Shown: positions 26,157 through 36,700 of the stretch, piece after piece
Layout of the letters: every line of letters begins with the position of its first letter
Numbering within the stretch: position 1 is the first letter of the stretch
Source of the DNA: Candidatus Saccharimonadota bacterium
GTDB taxonomy: Bacteria > Patescibacteriota > Saccharimonadia > Saccharimonadales > UBA10212
NCBI GenBank assembly: GCA_022841445.1
Contig: JALHRM010000001.1
Coordinates: forward strand, 77,002 to 141,001
Reading direction: 5' to 3'
DNA: 64,000 nucleotides
The notes under the pieces: generated by a model
What the model saw: the letters and a program-made list of their open reading frames with translations, nothing else
Told to the model about the DNA's origin: nothing
The model's database searches: none
Program-made: the position numbers and the translations under genes

Positions 26157-26711
26157 TCACGTTTTCGCATTACTAAGCGCGCGAGCCCACCAGATAAGGT
26201 CTTCGGCCTGTGCTTTTGGATCGCCAGAAATTAATTCGGGTTTAATACTGTCATTTTCATCTACCATGTCCCAAGGCTGTCGGATCATTATTGCAGGACG
26301 GATATCGGCCATCTGTAGTTCACCGGCAATTTGCCTTAGATGCTCAGCCGCTCGTACTCCACCAGCACTCCCATAACTCACAAGTGCAACAGGCTTTCTG
26401 ACCCATTCTTTGTATAAGTAATCAATAGCGTTCTTAAGTGCACCCGGCACGCCATGATTGTATTCGGCAGTAATCCATACATAGGCATCATATGATTGGA
26501 TAATTTCTGACCACTTCTTGGTGTGGTCGTTTTGGTACTGACCGGATGCTGGCGGTATTGGCTCATCTAACAACGGCAAATTCTGATCGTTTATATCAAC
26601 AATTTCAAATTCAGCTGTTTTAATATCATTGACTTGCTCCAAGTACCATTTGCCGACTTTTTTGCCGACACGACCAGGGCGAGTACTCCCAATAATTATT
26701 GCTATTTTCAT
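26157..26711 (-). CDS. NAD(P)H-dependent FMN reductase (flavodoxin-like fold)
   Basis: MKIAIIIGSTRPGRVGKKV start and EYNHGVPGALKNAID motif. The start could also be the ATG at 26726. Confidence 0.8.
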   Translation of the reverse strand: MKIAIIIGSTRPGRVGKKVGKWYLEQVNDIKTAEFEIVDINDQNLPLLDEPIPPASGQYQNDHTKKWSEIIQSYDAYVWITAEYNHGVPGALKNAIDYLYKEWVRKPVALVSYGSAGGVRAAEHLRQIAGELQMADIRPAIMIRQPWDMVDENDSIKPELISGDPKAQAEDLIWWARALSNAKT

Positions 26712-26802
26712 AATTTTATACCCCATTCTTGTTGTTATAAAGATGTAACTACCAATTATATAGTTACTAACTATACTTTGTAAAGCGATTAATTGCTATA
26801 CT

Positions 26803-27129
26803 GTGCATATGAAGACTTTAACTTCACTTGAACAACATCCTGGCTGCATCAATACCACACTTAGAATCATTGGTGAAAAATGGACAGCACTCATACTGAA
26901 AGAACTTACAACTGGGCCAAAAACGTTCAGCGAAATAGAGACTCTAATGGACAGTATCAGCCCCCGCACTCTGAGTCAGAGGCTCGATAAACTTGAGGAC
27001 GAGTCCATCATTATAAAAAAAGTCTACTGCCAGCACCCCCCAAGATACACCTACGAGCTCACCACAAAAGGCCAGGAACTTGAAACTGTGTTACGAAAGA
27101 TGGCCGAATGGGGCGCTAAATATTCCTAA
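26803..27129 (+). CDS. HxlR-family transcriptional regulator
   Basis: C...TLRIIGEKWTALILKEL...FSEIE..M..ISPRTLSQRLDKLE...I winged-helix signature. Divergent from the FMN reductase, a common pairing. Confidence 0.8.
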   Translation: MHMKTLTSLEQHPGCINTTLRIIGEKWTALILKELTTGPKTFSEIETLMDSISPRTLSQRLDKLEDESIIIKKVYCQHPPRYTYELTTKGQELETVLRKMAEWGAKYS

Positions 27130-27131
27130 AA

Positions 27132-28100
27132 TCACATGTGGTTTTGGCCATCAAACAGTGCCGATACCGAACCTTCGGCAAAAATTGCCATAATTGCATC
27201 TGCCAGCAAATCAACAATGGAAACGACCTTAACTTTATCGAGTGCAAAACCTTCCGGCAATGGCAATGTATCCGTAACTGCGATACTGTCAATAACCGAT
27301 TCGCGCAGTCTTTGTTCTGCTGGATCCGAAAATATACCGTGCGTTGCTATGGCAGAAACTTTCGTTGCGCCATGACCAATAAGCTGCTCGGCGGCGGCAC
27401 ATAGCGTACCGGCGGTATCAACCATGTCATCCACTAACACACAGTGCTTACCCTTAACATCACCAATAACGTCGAGGGCTTCTGATTTATTAGTACTTGT
27501 ACGTCGCTTGTGAACTATTGCCAACTCAGTACCTAGCCTGCTTGAATAACGCTCGGCAAGTTTTACTCGTCCGGCATCAGGCGAAACAATAACAAAATCA
27601 TTGCCGAATGTTTTCTTGAGGTATTCGGCAAGCACCGGCAGGGAAACTAAGTGATCAAACGGCCCATTAAAGTAGCCCTGTATTTGCCCACTATGCAGGT
27701 CTACGCTCACTAGCCTCTTTGCGCCAGCTACTGCCAAAATATCAACAATTAATTTTGCGGTAATCGGCTCACGTCCAAGCGACTTGCGGTCTTGCCGCGC
27801 GTAGCCGAAAAACGGACAAACTGCGGTAATGTGACGAGCCGATGCCCGCTTGGCCGCATCGATGATAATCGCCTGTTCCAAAATAGCGTCGTTTACTGGT
27901 TTGTCGTGTGTCTGAAAAACAAACAAATCTTTGCCACGTACCGACTCTTTAATTTGACACTTTACTTCGCCGTTGGCAAACCGTGTCAATTGCGTTGGAT
28001 TAATTTCCGCACCCATGCGCTCCGCAACTGCATGCGCTAACGCGCTGTGCTGACTGCCAGTCAAAATCTGCAGTTGTCTTTTGTGATTTACAACATTCAT
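27132..28100 (-). CDS. prs: Ribose-phosphate pyrophosphokinase
   Basis: FANGE, YARQDRK, and the PRPP-binding loop VLVDDMVDTAGT. 322 aa. Confidence 0.95.
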   Translation of the reverse strand: MNVVNHKRQLQILTGSQHSALAHAVAERMGAEINPTQLTRFANGEVKCQIKESVRGKDLFVFQTHDKPVNDAILEQAIIIDAAKRASARHITAVCPFFGYARQDRKSLGREPITAKLIVDILAVAGAKRLVSVDLHSGQIQGYFNGPFDHLVSLPVLAEYLKKTFGNDFVIVSPDAGRVKLAERYSSRLGTELAIVHKRRTSTNKSEALDVIGDVKGKHCVLVDDMVDTAGTLCAAAEQLIGHGATKVSAIATHGIFSDPAEQRLRESVIDSIAVTDTLPLPEGFALDKVKVVSIVDLLADAIMAIFAEGSVSALFDGQNHM

Positions 28101-28200
28101 AAATACTCCGCCTTGTTCTTATCTTGAAGTGTAACATATACTAAAGGCCTCTTTGCAAGCATTGTTTTATATTTGCAACTTCGGCATACTTTAATGCCAG

Positions 28201-29022
28201 ATGACCTTTCGTGAAAAACTAGCTATCAGCGTCAAAAAAAACAATTCTTTACTCTGTATTGGCCTTGATGCTTCTTCAGATAAAATACCCCTTGTGCGCC
28301 GCACGGTCAGCGATCCAATTTTCAATTTCAATAAAGCCATCATCGATGTCACGGCTGACTTGGTGTGTGCCTATAAACCCAACACTGCGTTTTATGAAGC
28401 CGAAGGTACTGATGGTATCACCCAGCTGCAGATGACCTGTAACTACTTAGCTGAAAAATATCCTGAGATCCCTATAATCATTGATGCAAAACGAGGCGAT
28501 ATCGGCAATACTAGTGCGGCATACGCCCGATTCGTATTCGATTATCTTGGTGGCGACGCCGTCACATTAGCGCCATATATGGGCAGAGAATCGCTTACAC
28601 CATTTTTGGAATACGGGGATAAAGGTTTATATATTCTTTGCCGGACATCGAATGATGGCTCGGAAGAATTCCAAGACCTAGTCATTGGCGAAGAAAAACT
28701 ATATGAACTAGTCGCCAAAAACGTTGTGGAAAATTGGAACACTAATCAGAACTGTCACTTGGTCGTTGGAGCCACTAAACCTGAGGAATTGGCAAAAGTC
28801 CGAACAATAGTAGGCGATGATATGCAGCTGCTGGTGCCTGGAGTCGGTGCACAGGGCGGTGATGTAGAAGCGACCATAAAGGCCGGCATTAATACGAATG
28901 GTGCAGGCATCATTGTAAATTCTTCCCGCGGAATCATCTATGCATCAGGTGGCAATGACTATACTGAAGCAGCTCGGCAAGCAGCCGTAAAATTACGTGA
29001 TGAAATTAATAACTACCGATAG
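28201..29022 (+). CDS. pyrF: Orotidine 5'-phosphate decarboxylase (type 2)
   Basis: LCIGLD, DAKRGDIGNTS, LLVPGVGAQGG motifs. pyrE follows. Confidence 0.9.
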   Translation: MTFREKLAISVKKNNSLLCIGLDASSDKIPLVRRTVSDPIFNFNKAIIDVTADLVCAYKPNTAFYEAEGTDGITQLQMTCNYLAEKYPEIPIIIDAKRGDIGNTSAAYARFVFDYLGGDAVTLAPYMGRESLTPFLEYGDKGLYILCRTSNDGSEEFQDLVIGEEKLYELVAKNVVENWNTNQNCHLVVGATKPEELAKVRTIVGDDMQLLVPGVGAQGGDVEATIKAGINTNGAGIIVNSSRGIIYASGGNDYTEAARQAAVKLRDEINNYR

Positions 29023-29031
29023 GAGCTAACT

Positions 29032-29646
29032 ATGAGCCATGTTTCAGACCAAACTAAACGCAACGTCGCACTAAGTCTCCATGAATACGGCATTCTGCAG
29101 TTTGGTCAATTTACACTCAAAAGCGGAATTGTAGCGCCCTTTTATATTGATATGCGAATGGTGCAGTCGTATCCTCAGGCATTGCATGACATCACAGCTG
29201 TTTACGCCGAGATGCTTAAGGACTTACCTCGTGATGTTTTACTAGCTGGCATACCAGAAGCAGGTACTCCGCTGGCTACTGCAGTTGGCTACGAAACACG
29301 AAGACCACTTATACAGCCACGGAAAGTGATTAAAGAACATGGCAAAGGTAAATCAATCGAAGGCGACTGGAAAGTAGGCGATAAAGTGGCCATCATTGAC
29401 GATCTTGTGACGAAAGGTGATTCTAAGCTTGAATCAATCGAACAATTCAAAAACTGCAAACTAGAGGTAATCGGATTTTATTTACTGCTCGACCGCGAAC
29501 TGGGCGGCAAAGAAATTGTTGAACAAGCCGGCTACAGTCTTACTGCTGCAATGACCATCAGCGAAGTCTTGGCTATTCTCAAAGACGAGTCCAAAATCAC
29601 TGCAGTACAATATTCCGAAATGCTGGATTTTACTCGCAGTAACTAG
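29032..29646 (+). CDS. pyrE: Orotate phosphoribosyltransferase
   Basis: FTLKSG..APFYID and the PRTase loop VAIIDDLVTKGDS. Adjacent to pyrF. Confidence 0.85.
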   Translation: MSHVSDQTKRNVALSLHEYGILQFGQFTLKSGIVAPFYIDMRMVQSYPQALHDITAVYAEMLKDLPRDVLLAGIPEAGTPLATAVGYETRRPLIQPRKVIKEHGKGKSIEGDWKVGDKVAIIDDLVTKGDSKLESIEQFKNCKLEVIGFYLLLDRELGGKEIVEQAGYSLTAAMTISEVLAILKDESKITAVQYSEMLDFTRSN

Positions 29647-30443
29647 CTCGCAATCGGCGGTGGATCACTTCGAAATCCCAGATACTCACTCCACGCCGCT
29701 TCAACTACGTCGTCCCCTATATATTCATCTGGTGCCAAGAATGCACTATGCTGGATAACTTCAGTTGAGCGATCTAGGTTTTTAACAATTTCATGACGAT
29801 CATCAGTATCATAGTGAACTACAAGTGCTCCGCTTAATACACTAAGGGTGTCGGCTATAGGTTGTTGACCAGTACCCCAATAACTACTGGGGTATAACTT
29901 AGCAAAAGTAACCTGGTTTTTTGAAGTCTTGGCTTCTACACCAAGACTCATCGCATGAGATATTAAACTTATTGCATCATACGCCACGACTGCAGGTGCC
30001 GCATTTGTGCCCTTTGCAGCGTCTCTTTCAGTCCGAAAATACATTTGAGCGAGCATATCCGATAAGTTCATGCCCTGTCCGACTGCATCACCTACCAACG
30101 TCAAGCCTAGCCTTAATCGGGCAGCGTTTATATCAATGGGTTGTCCCCGTCGCTCAAAAAAGTCTGTTATTTTTTCAACTTCACCAAGAAGGTGTTCACT
30201 AATTTCAGCGGGATCTTGTAAATCGAATTCACTGACATTGATTTTCTCAGACTCTAAGGGGCCAATAGGCGCCGCGTCAGGCGCAGGCCTATATACAGTA
30301 GATTGAATAGCCGTACTTCCGCCTAGTCTCTGCACTTCTCGAGCCAAGGCGGGAACCACCCTTGGCTTCTCGACATTATTGGGTCGGGGTGTCCGAAGTG
30401 CATCAGGGTTTGATATTACTGTGAAAGGATTGGGCTTAGCCAT
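29643..30443 (-). CDS. Hypothetical protein (266 aa)
   Basis: Long ORF with no recognised motif. Its stop overlaps the pyrE stop region (convergent). Confidence 0.5.
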   Translation of the reverse strand: MAKPNPFTVISNPDALRTPRPNNVEKPRVVPALAREVQRLGGSTAIQSTVYRPAPDAAPIGPLESEKINVSEFDLQDPAEISEHLLGEVEKITDFFERRGQPIDINAARLRLGLTLVGDAVGQGMNLSDMLAQMYFRTERDAAKGTNAAPAVVAYDAISLISHAMSLGVEAKTSKNQVTFAKLYPSSYWGTGQQPIADTLSVLSGALVVHYDTDDRHEIVKNLDRSTEVIQHSAFLAPDEYIGDDVVEAAWSEYLGFRSDPPPIAS

Positions 30444-30558
30444 AACTATATTATAACATAATATAAGTAATTATGCACAGCTTCAGTCCTTCAAACTTGT
30501 GGTCACGACTAATTAAGGCAGAGTACTTCTGACAGTACCAATCAGCAGATATTTACTC

Positions 30559-31521
30559 TTAAAATCCTGCAGGTACGGTCAAAGTTGCAGCGTCAACAGT
30601 TTCTTCTGGTGCATCCTCTTCGGGCAAGCCGGATCCGCCACCTGGAGTACCATCATTAGCACCGCAAGCTTCATCTACATCTACCCTTAAACTGTAGGCA
30701 CGTGGTCCTAAAGGTGTACCAACAATGGTAGTTACTCTTAAGTCTGAGCCTGGTGCCTTGGAAATTTCTGCACCCTCGAGATTTGTGACAAACTGACTCG
30801 TAGTATCAGGACCAGGAAGAAACGCATCCGTATCAGTTACTTGTGGACCGATAAGTGACTGATCCAATCGGTAGCCCGCCGCATTAGCTCTCCATCCTAA
30901 AATTTGTGCCCCTGCTGCAAATACCACAGTACCGCCAACTAAATACACCTTCTTTTGGTCTATACAACTTGGCCAATAGGCGACCTTTTGGTCGGGAGTT
31001 ACCAATATGTTGTCGCTGTTAATATCTAATACGACTCGTCCACCAGGTACTGCCTTGGCCTTGTCAGGATTCGGCATTCCGTTGTCGGGATCGCCACCCG
31101 GACGGGTACATGTCGCACCTCTCCTGTCCATTCGCGTAATCCCTCTTTGCACTTGTTCATCACCAAAAGATTGCAGATGCACATAAGAGCCTCCGTTTAC
31201 AGAAACTTTGTAAGTACCCTGTAATGCACCTGCGTCTACGCGAACGCCCCTAAACACTTTCGGAGCTTTCCTCCAAGGAAATCTTCCGTCAAGATCTCTC
31301 GCACCTGGAAATAGAGCCGCACCCGAAAGTCTATCTGTTGCAGGATCTACGTACTGCCCTATACACAACTTTAGAACTCTAGGGTACTTTGGCGCTGCAG
31401 CTGCTTCGGGCGTTGGCATTACATCCCCGATAACTGGCACAGACTCACCTGAGCCAGATAGTAAACCGGCTGCACCCATAACTGGTAAAGCTACTGCTAA
31501 TGTTCTTCCTCTTACAGACAT
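30559..31521 (-). CDS. Hypothetical secreted protein
   Basis: Signal-like MSVRGRTLAVALPVMGAAGLLSG from the ATG at 31521 (AGAGG 8 nt upstream). Acidic Gly/Pro-rich C-terminus. Confidence 0.55.
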   Translation of the reverse strand: MSVRGRTLAVALPVMGAAGLLSGSGESVPVIGDVMPTPEAAAAPKYPRVLKLCIGQYVDPATDRLSGAALFPGARDLDGRFPWRKAPKVFRGVRVDAGALQGTYKVSVNGGSYVHLQSFGDEQVQRGITRMDRRGATCTRPGGDPDNGMPNPDKAKAVPGGRVVLDINSDNILVTPDQKVAYWPSCIDQKKVYLVGGTVVFAAGAQILGWRANAAGYRLDQSLIGPQVTDTDAFLPGPDTTSQFVTNLEGAEISKAPGSDLRVTTIVGTPLGPRAYSLRVDVDEACGANDGTPGGGSGLPEEDAPEETVDAATLTVPAGF

Positions 31522-31578
31522 AAAAAAACCTCTGATTACTTTTGCTAAAAATAACAAAAGATTATTTACTATGCAACG

Positions 31579-32532
31579 TTAAGCGGTTTGATCGAGAACT
31601 GCCATAATTTCGCTATGCGTCCGAGCGTTCATTAGTTCAGTTCGTAGTTCCACTGCACCGTCAAAACCATTGATGTACATCTTGCAGAATTTTTTGAGAG
31701 TATCGATTCGACGTTCGCCATTCGGCCACGTTTCAAAAAATAGATTTACATGTTTTTTGTATAGTTTGATTTTTTGAGCAGGACTGTAGTCACCCCAAAG
31801 TGAATTTTCAGCAAAAACAAACGGATCGCTAAATATGCCGCGGCCGATCATAATACCGTCTAAACCATACGCATCCGCCAACTCAAGTCCTTGTTGCCTG
31901 GTCATAACATCACCGTTGCCAACGATTTTCGTCTGCGGAGCGATTCGGTCGCGAATTTCACGGATTTTGCCTATTGTCTCCCAATTGGCCGGGACTTTGC
32001 TCATTTCTTTTCGGGTACGACCATGAACGGTCAGGGTATCAACGGCCTGATTCAGGAGTAATTCATGCCAGCTCAGATCGACTTCGTTAAAGCCAAGACG
32101 AGTTTTGACACTGACGGGTATCCTACCCGCCGCACCTTCTTTAACTGCAGTAATAACTTCAAGTGCCAAGTCCCTGTTATTTATAAATGCAGCGCAGCAG
32201 CCATTTTTGACGATTGTCTTGTCTGGACAGCCCATGTTAATGTCGATACCGGCAAAGCCCATATCAACCAACTCGGCAGACGTCTTGCGATAGTTTTCGG
32301 GTGTTTTACCCCAAATCTGCGCGATAATCGGCTTTTCGATATTTGTAAATTGTAGTTTTGGCAGTAGTTTATCCCTGCCAGGACTCTGAAGACCATCGAC
32401 ATTCACGAATTCCGTAAAGAACAAATCGGGTGGTGCGCAATCAGCAATGATTTGACGAAATACCGAATCCGTTACATCGTCCATCGGCGCCAATACAAAA
32501 AACGGTTTAGCAGTACTTTTTGGGGTAATCAT
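31579..32532 (-). CDS. dus: tRNA-dihydrouridine synthase
   Basis: APMDDVTDSVFRQI, NMGCP, and a TIM-barrel FMN pattern. 317 aa. Confidence 0.9.
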   Translation of the reverse strand: MITPKSTAKPFFVLAPMDDVTDSVFRQIIADCAPPDLFFTEFVNVDGLQSPGRDKLLPKLQFTNIEKPIIAQIWGKTPENYRKTSAELVDMGFAGIDINMGCPDKTIVKNGCCAAFINNRDLALEVITAVKEGAAGRIPVSVKTRLGFNEVDLSWHELLLNQAVDTLTVHGRTRKEMSKVPANWETIGKIREIRDRIAPQTKIVGNGDVMTRQQGLELADAYGLDGIMIGRGIFSDPFVFAENSLWGDYSPAQKIKLYKKHVNLFFETWPNGERRIDTLKKFCKMYINGFDGAVELRTELMNARTHSEIMAVLDQTA

Positions 32533-32556
32533 CGTACTTAACTATACAGATTTTGG

Positions 32557-33081
32557 CTAGAAACCAGGTTTCACACCATAAATCTTTAGATTTCGCTCAG
32601 CGTGTTTTTTTGTACTAGCCCGCCGCTTAGGAGCATCTTCGCCAACGGTATATTGATTTCTGAATCTTAACCAATCCTGATAAGCCACAGTTGCAGGTTC
32701 CGGTATATCAGCTTCCTCCCCTTTCAACGCATAATAGCCAGTGACTCTAAAAAATATACTTCTGGCTTCTGATTCTATATTTTCCCTGTTCCGTTCGGCA
32801 CCTGGCAGCACATCATTTGTCAAAACTATTGAGCCGTAATCCTCCTCAAGTCTTGCCCTGTGATTAGGTAGCATTGAAGCTGCAAGAATCCCATCTCGTT
32901 GCCTCATCGCTCCAAAAAGTGTCATAAGCCGTGACATGCCTCGCCAACGGTCTGTTAATCCTACCCGGGGAGAGCAAGGAACTCCCATTTCTTCGATTGG
33001 CGGTGCAATAGCAACCACATCACCATATGCGCCAGGGTGAACATCTAAAAGTGTGGTTTGGCCTGATGTTTCTATAATCAT
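32557..33081 (-). CDS. Hypothetical protein (174 aa)
   Basis: Uninterrupted ORF in an operon-like position after dus. No recognised domain. Confidence 0.5.
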   Translation of the reverse strand: MIIETSGQTTLLDVHPGAYGDVVAIAPPIEEMGVPCSPRVGLTDRWRGMSRLMTLFGAMRQRDGILAASMLPNHRARLEEDYGSIVLTNDVLPGAERNRENIESEARSIFFRVTGYYALKGEEADIPEPATVAYQDWLRFRNQYTVGEDAPKRRASTKKHAERNLKIYGVKPGF

Positions 33082-33364
33082 ACTGCTATTTTACTCCGAA
33101 CCCTGAGATTGATGCTGCTCGGGTTCTAGACCTCCCTGGATAAGCGTCAACACCGCCCTGCCTCTTGTTTACATGGTGTTACGGTGAGCAAGTCTGGTCG
33201 TGGAAATTCCTGGACTACCTCCAAAAGACGTACGGCCGACGCTGTAACCATTCGTACTGGTGTAAGAGGTCTTTCTTCATATGCTCGATCGAATACAATT
33301 ACTCGATCAGCTCCGTATGGTATAGCCATAATATTAATATTATACCACTAAATATAATATTTGT

Positions 33365-33943
33365 CTATCTTGCTGAAAGGGCTAGCTTGACTCTTTCTTC
33401 AGTAGATAGACTTGCGTCGATATTAGAGAGTGCTTTGATAGCATCGCCGGATGAATATCCTAAGGCAATAAGCGCTAGGACGGCCTCATCCTGATTGTTC
33501 ATACTCTGGTCGTTCAAAAAGCTCGTTGCATCATCAGCTGCCGCAAGCCCCAGTTTATCCTTCAGATCTACAACTACGCGTTCTGCTACGCGCTTACCAA
33601 CGCCGCTTGCTTGCGAAATATACTTAGTATCACCGGTTGAAATTGCCTGCCTGACTTGGTCTGGATTGCCAACATTTAGTATAGCCATGGCCATTTTAGG
33701 TCCGACACCATTAACGCCCAGCAACTGTTCGAATAGTTTTTTTACACTTGGTGAAGTGAATCCGAATAAATCATGAGAAGCCTCACGGATATGTTCGTAT
33801 ACGTACAACTTAGTTGAATGGCCAAGAGTGATTGATCCATGGTCATCAGATGTAATGTACACGCCATAGCCGACACCACCGCAGTCAATTACTGCGACAT
33901 CGGTTGATTTGTCACTTACCTTACCCTCGAGTGTCGCTATCAT
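33365..33943 (-). CDS. ruvA: Holliday junction DNA helicase subunit RuvA
   Basis: MIATLEGKV start (the ORF-track start at 34012 would overlap ruvC) and HhH motifs LLGVNGVGPKMAMAIL and ISQASGVGKRVAERVV. Confidence 0.9.
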   Translation of the reverse strand: MIATLEGKVSDKSTDVAVIDCGGVGYGVYITSDDHGSITLGHSTKLYVYEHIREASHDLFGFTSPSVKKLFEQLLGVNGVGPKMAMAILNVGNPDQVRQAISTGDTKYISQASGVGKRVAERVVVDLKDKLGLAAADDATSFLNDQSMNNQDEAVLALIALGYSSGDAIKALSNIDASLSTEERVKLALSAR

Positions 33944-33953
33944 GTACGTTTTA

Positions 33954-34430
33954 TCATACACGAAGGCTCCCGGCATGAACGATAGCTGCAGCCAACGCAT
34001 CGGCACAGTCATCCGGTTTTGGTATTTCTTTTAAACCTAACGTCAAACGAACCATTTCCTGTACCTGCTTTTTGTCTGCTCTGCCGTACCCGGTTAGTGA
34101 CTGTTTGATCTGCAATGGTGTATATTCCACGATTTCCAGATCAGCCAACTTACCAGCCAGCATAGCGACCCCGCGAGCATGACTGACGCTAATAGCGGTA
34201 GTCACATTCTGGGCAAAAAATAGCTTTTCAATAACCATTACTGTGGGATTACTACTTTCAATGATTTCTTTCAGGCACTTGAAAATTTCGACAAGTCGCT
34301 CATCAAGTGGCATATGGGGTCGTGTTCGAATTACGCCAGCATCGACCAGAACGTTTTTTGATGAACTGACTTTGTCTATTACCCCGAACCCCAAGATACC
34401 TGTACCTGGATCAATACCGAGAATACGCAT
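33954..34430 (-). CDS. ruvC: Crossover junction endodeoxyribonuclease RuvC
   Basis: MRILGIDPGT, VIEKLFF, and a C-terminal DCADALAAAI catalytic pattern. Confidence 0.92.
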   Translation of the reverse strand: MRILGIDPGTGILGFGVIDKVSSSKNVLVDAGVIRTRPHMPLDERLVEIFKCLKEIIESSNPTVMVIEKLFFAQNVTTAISVSHARGVAMLAGKLADLEIVEYTPLQIKQSLTGYGRADKKQVQEMVRLTLGLKEIPKPDDCADALAAAIVHAGSLRV

Positions 34431-34437
34431 ACATTAT

Positions 34438-35295
34438 CTACTTCGTACTTAACTTGATTAAACCCATCATTTCATCATGTATTGCTTGATTTGCGGCAAC
34501 AACACAGCCTGCTCCCCATTCATCATATCGCCTATTTTTGCCCTCAAAATCCGTTACTACCGCTCCCGCTTCTTGGGCAATAAGAGCAGCTCCAGCTGCA
34601 TCCCACGGCGCACCATAACGCATTATTGCTGCTACCAAATCTCCTGATGCAACTTTCATCGCACTATACACAAATGAATAAAAGTTAAACACTCGTGCGC
34701 CTGCTACTTCTCTTGCCAGTGTGGTGCATTTCCCAGCACTAAAATATGGCACTCCATCTTGCAACGAGCCTCCGCCTACTACCACGTATTGTTTCTCTAT
34801 AGTGGATGATTTTGACGTTAGAATTTTAGCGTCATTTAGAACAGCTCCTTGCCCCTTGGTGGCACTATACAAATGATCCAATTGTGGATCGTAAGCAACC
34901 GCAACTACTGGCTGACCATTCGAACGGTGAACCAGCGCTAATGAAAAAGTGCTCACGGGAATGCCCAAACTAAATGGCATTGTCCCGTCTATTGGATCTA
35001 ACACCCAGACAAAGTCACCCTTGGACTCAAAACTCTCCTCTTCACCGATTACACCATAACCAGGAAATTGCTCTTTTACTTTTTCAATTACAAGATTATT
35101 TATTGTAGTATCTGCTACGGTAACGGGGGTGTTATCATCCTTAAAAGTAGTGTCGATGTCTTCCGCTCGAAAGTACCGACGCATGATGCCACCAGCTTCA
35201 ATTGCAAGTTCTTTGGCAAAGTCTAGTTCCTTATTGAAACTAGCCAACTTCGACGCCTTCGGCGAGGTCGAAGTTGGTGTAGGTGTTAGTGACAT
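34438..35295 (-). CDS. Inositol monophosphatase family protein (SuhB-like)
   Basis: GEEES, WVLDPIDGT, and WD.AAG motifs. The N-terminal 56 nt overlap yebC, so the true start may be further downstream. Confidence 0.8.
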   Translation of the reverse strand: MSLTPTPTSTSPKASKLASFNKELDFAKELAIEAGGIMRRYFRAEDIDTTFKDDNTPVTVADTTINNLVIEKVKEQFPGYGVIGEEESFESKGDFVWVLDPIDGTMPFSLGIPVSTFSLALVHRSNGQPVVAVAYDPQLDHLYSATKGQGAVLNDAKILTSKSSTIEKQYVVVGGGSLQDGVPYFSAGKCTTLAREVAGARVFNFYSFVYSAMKVASGDLVAAIMRYGAPWDAAGAALIAQEAGAVVTDFEGKNRRYDEWGAGCVVAANQAIHDEMMGLIKLSTK

Positions 35296-35968
35296 CGTCG
35301 AGGTCTTCGAGTCGTTCCATTAAATTCATAACTTTGCGGGCAGTTTCTTTGTCTGAAACTTCAAGCGTGTTGTTGGGCACAAAGCTTAGTTCGGCATCCA
35401 CAACTTCTAGGCCGTCGGTTTTTAGTTGGTCACGCACTTTTGCCAGATCACCGGGAGCAGTATAAACAATTATTTCGCCTTCTTCTTCCTGGGCGTCTTC
35501 TGCTCCGGCATCAAGAACGGTTAATAGCGCGTCTTCACCACTAGCCTTGACGCGGATAACCCCCTTGCGGCTAAACTGATATGCAACACTGCCGGCTTCG
35601 GCCAAGCTGCCGCCGCTTTTACTGAACGCCAAGCGAACTTCGGGGTAGGTACGGTTTTTGTTATCGGTCGCACACTCTACTAGTACCGCGACACCACCGG
35701 AACCATAGCCCTCATACATAACTTCTTCAAGCTGGGCTGCCGATTTGTCAGCCACCCTTTGTATCGCGCGCTCAATATTATTCATCGGCATATTGGCGGC
35801 CTTGGCACGCTCAACCGCAAGTGCAAGTGCAGAATTAGTTGCTGGATCAGTGCCGCCTTTAGCGGCAATAGCAATCTGGTTACCAATTTTAGTAAATAAC
35901 GCGCCTCGCTTGGCATCGTTAGCACCCTTGGCTCGTTTGATGGTAGCCCATTTAGAATGTCCAGACAT
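35240..35968 (-). CDS. yebC: YebC/PmpR family DNA-binding transcriptional regulator
   Basis: MSGHSKWATIKRAKGANDAKRG signature. 242 aa. Confidence 0.92.
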   Translation of the reverse strand: MSGHSKWATIKRAKGANDAKRGALFTKIGNQIAIAAKGGTDPATNSALALAVERAKAANMPMNNIERAIQRVADKSAAQLEEVMYEGYGSGGVAVLVECATDNKNRTYPEVRLAFSKSGGSLAEAGSVAYQFSRKGVIRVKASGEDALLTVLDAGAEDAQEEEGEIIVYTAPGDLAKVRDQLKTDGLEVVDAELSFVPNNTLEVSDKETARKVMNLMERLEDLDDVTNTYTNFDLAEGVEVG

Positions 35969-36010
35969 GTCCCTGATTATACAGCAAAAAAATATTTGAT
36001 AACAGATTGA

Positions 36011-36559
36011 TTGTCTTCCGCTAGATTGACTTGCAGCGATTTATGTTGTACTATACAAGTCAACGTGAATTCACTACCTAGAACTGGAAATACCTTAGCA
36101 GCAGCAGGATTAGCGAGTGCGCTACTAATCGGGGGTCAAGCCGTGGCGAGCACCGGTAATGCCGCGCCTCCACCCCCAGGCACAACCCTAGATTTGAACG
36201 CTCCACACTTGTTACAGCAAGGTTCTCCGGGAATATTAACCGTACGGACATCAGGCAGCTCTGCAGCTAAACTACTTTCAATTAGCCTGCCAGAAGGAAT
36301 GCGCTTTAGCGCTGCTTACCCCCAAACGAGAATCAGTAACTGTCAGATTCTAAAGACTGCTGTGCGATGTAAGGTACAAGGCGGCAAACAAGACGTCAGA
36401 GTCCGGGTGGTGCCAGAAGAAGTAAGACAAAGATACGCCGTATTTAACGCAACACTACAATCTACTAGTCCTCAAGTAGCATGGCGTCTAAACGACCAAG
36501 ATACATCTGGCTTAGCGATATTACCCCCTGCTCAGACCTTTTCTGCTGTAGAGCGCTAA
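36011..36559 (+). CDS. Hypothetical secreted protein (start uncertain)
   Basis: Signal-like NTLAAAGLASALLIGGQAVAS. A GTG at 36065 is an alternative start. Confidence 0.45.
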   Translation: MSSARLTCSDLCCTIQVNVNSLPRTGNTLAAAGLASALLIGGQAVASTGNAAPPPPGTTLDLNAPHLLQQGSPGILTVRTSGSSAAKLLSISLPEGMRFSAAYPQTRISNCQILKTAVRCKVQGGKQDVRVRVVPEEVRQRYAVFNATLQSTSPQVAWRLNDQDTSGLAILPPAQTFSAVER

Positions 36560-36589
36560 AATTAGTTGTAGTAAAATATCTTACAGCTA

Positions 36590-36618
36590 TTGACAAATAT
36601 ATTATCTTAGTATAAAAT
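36590..36618 (+). promoter_or_regulatory. Sigma70-type promoter for the 355-aa secreted protein gene
   Basis: TTGACA (36590-36595), 17-nt spacer, TAAAAT (36613-36618). SD GAGGAG lies before the ATG at 36701. Confidence 0.55.
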
Positions 36619-36700
36619 GATTTTATATCGGTGGTTTTTTATGGGTCACTGAGGTGTAAATGGGCGCAAAGCCCAACTAAATTAAACGAGGAGTTTTAAT

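Noticed and set aside
26038-26376. 112-aa ORF on the plus strand
   Set aside because: It spans the group I ribozyme core, the tRNA 3' exon and the antisense of the FMN reductase C-terminus. It is a chance open frame.
33147-33329. 60-aa ORF between the 174-aa hypothetical gene and ruvA
   Set aside because: No SD and no recognisable motif, and it is overlapped by an equally plausible plus-strand ORF. It cannot be supported from sequence alone. It might be a leaderless small protein, since TATAAT lies just upstream.
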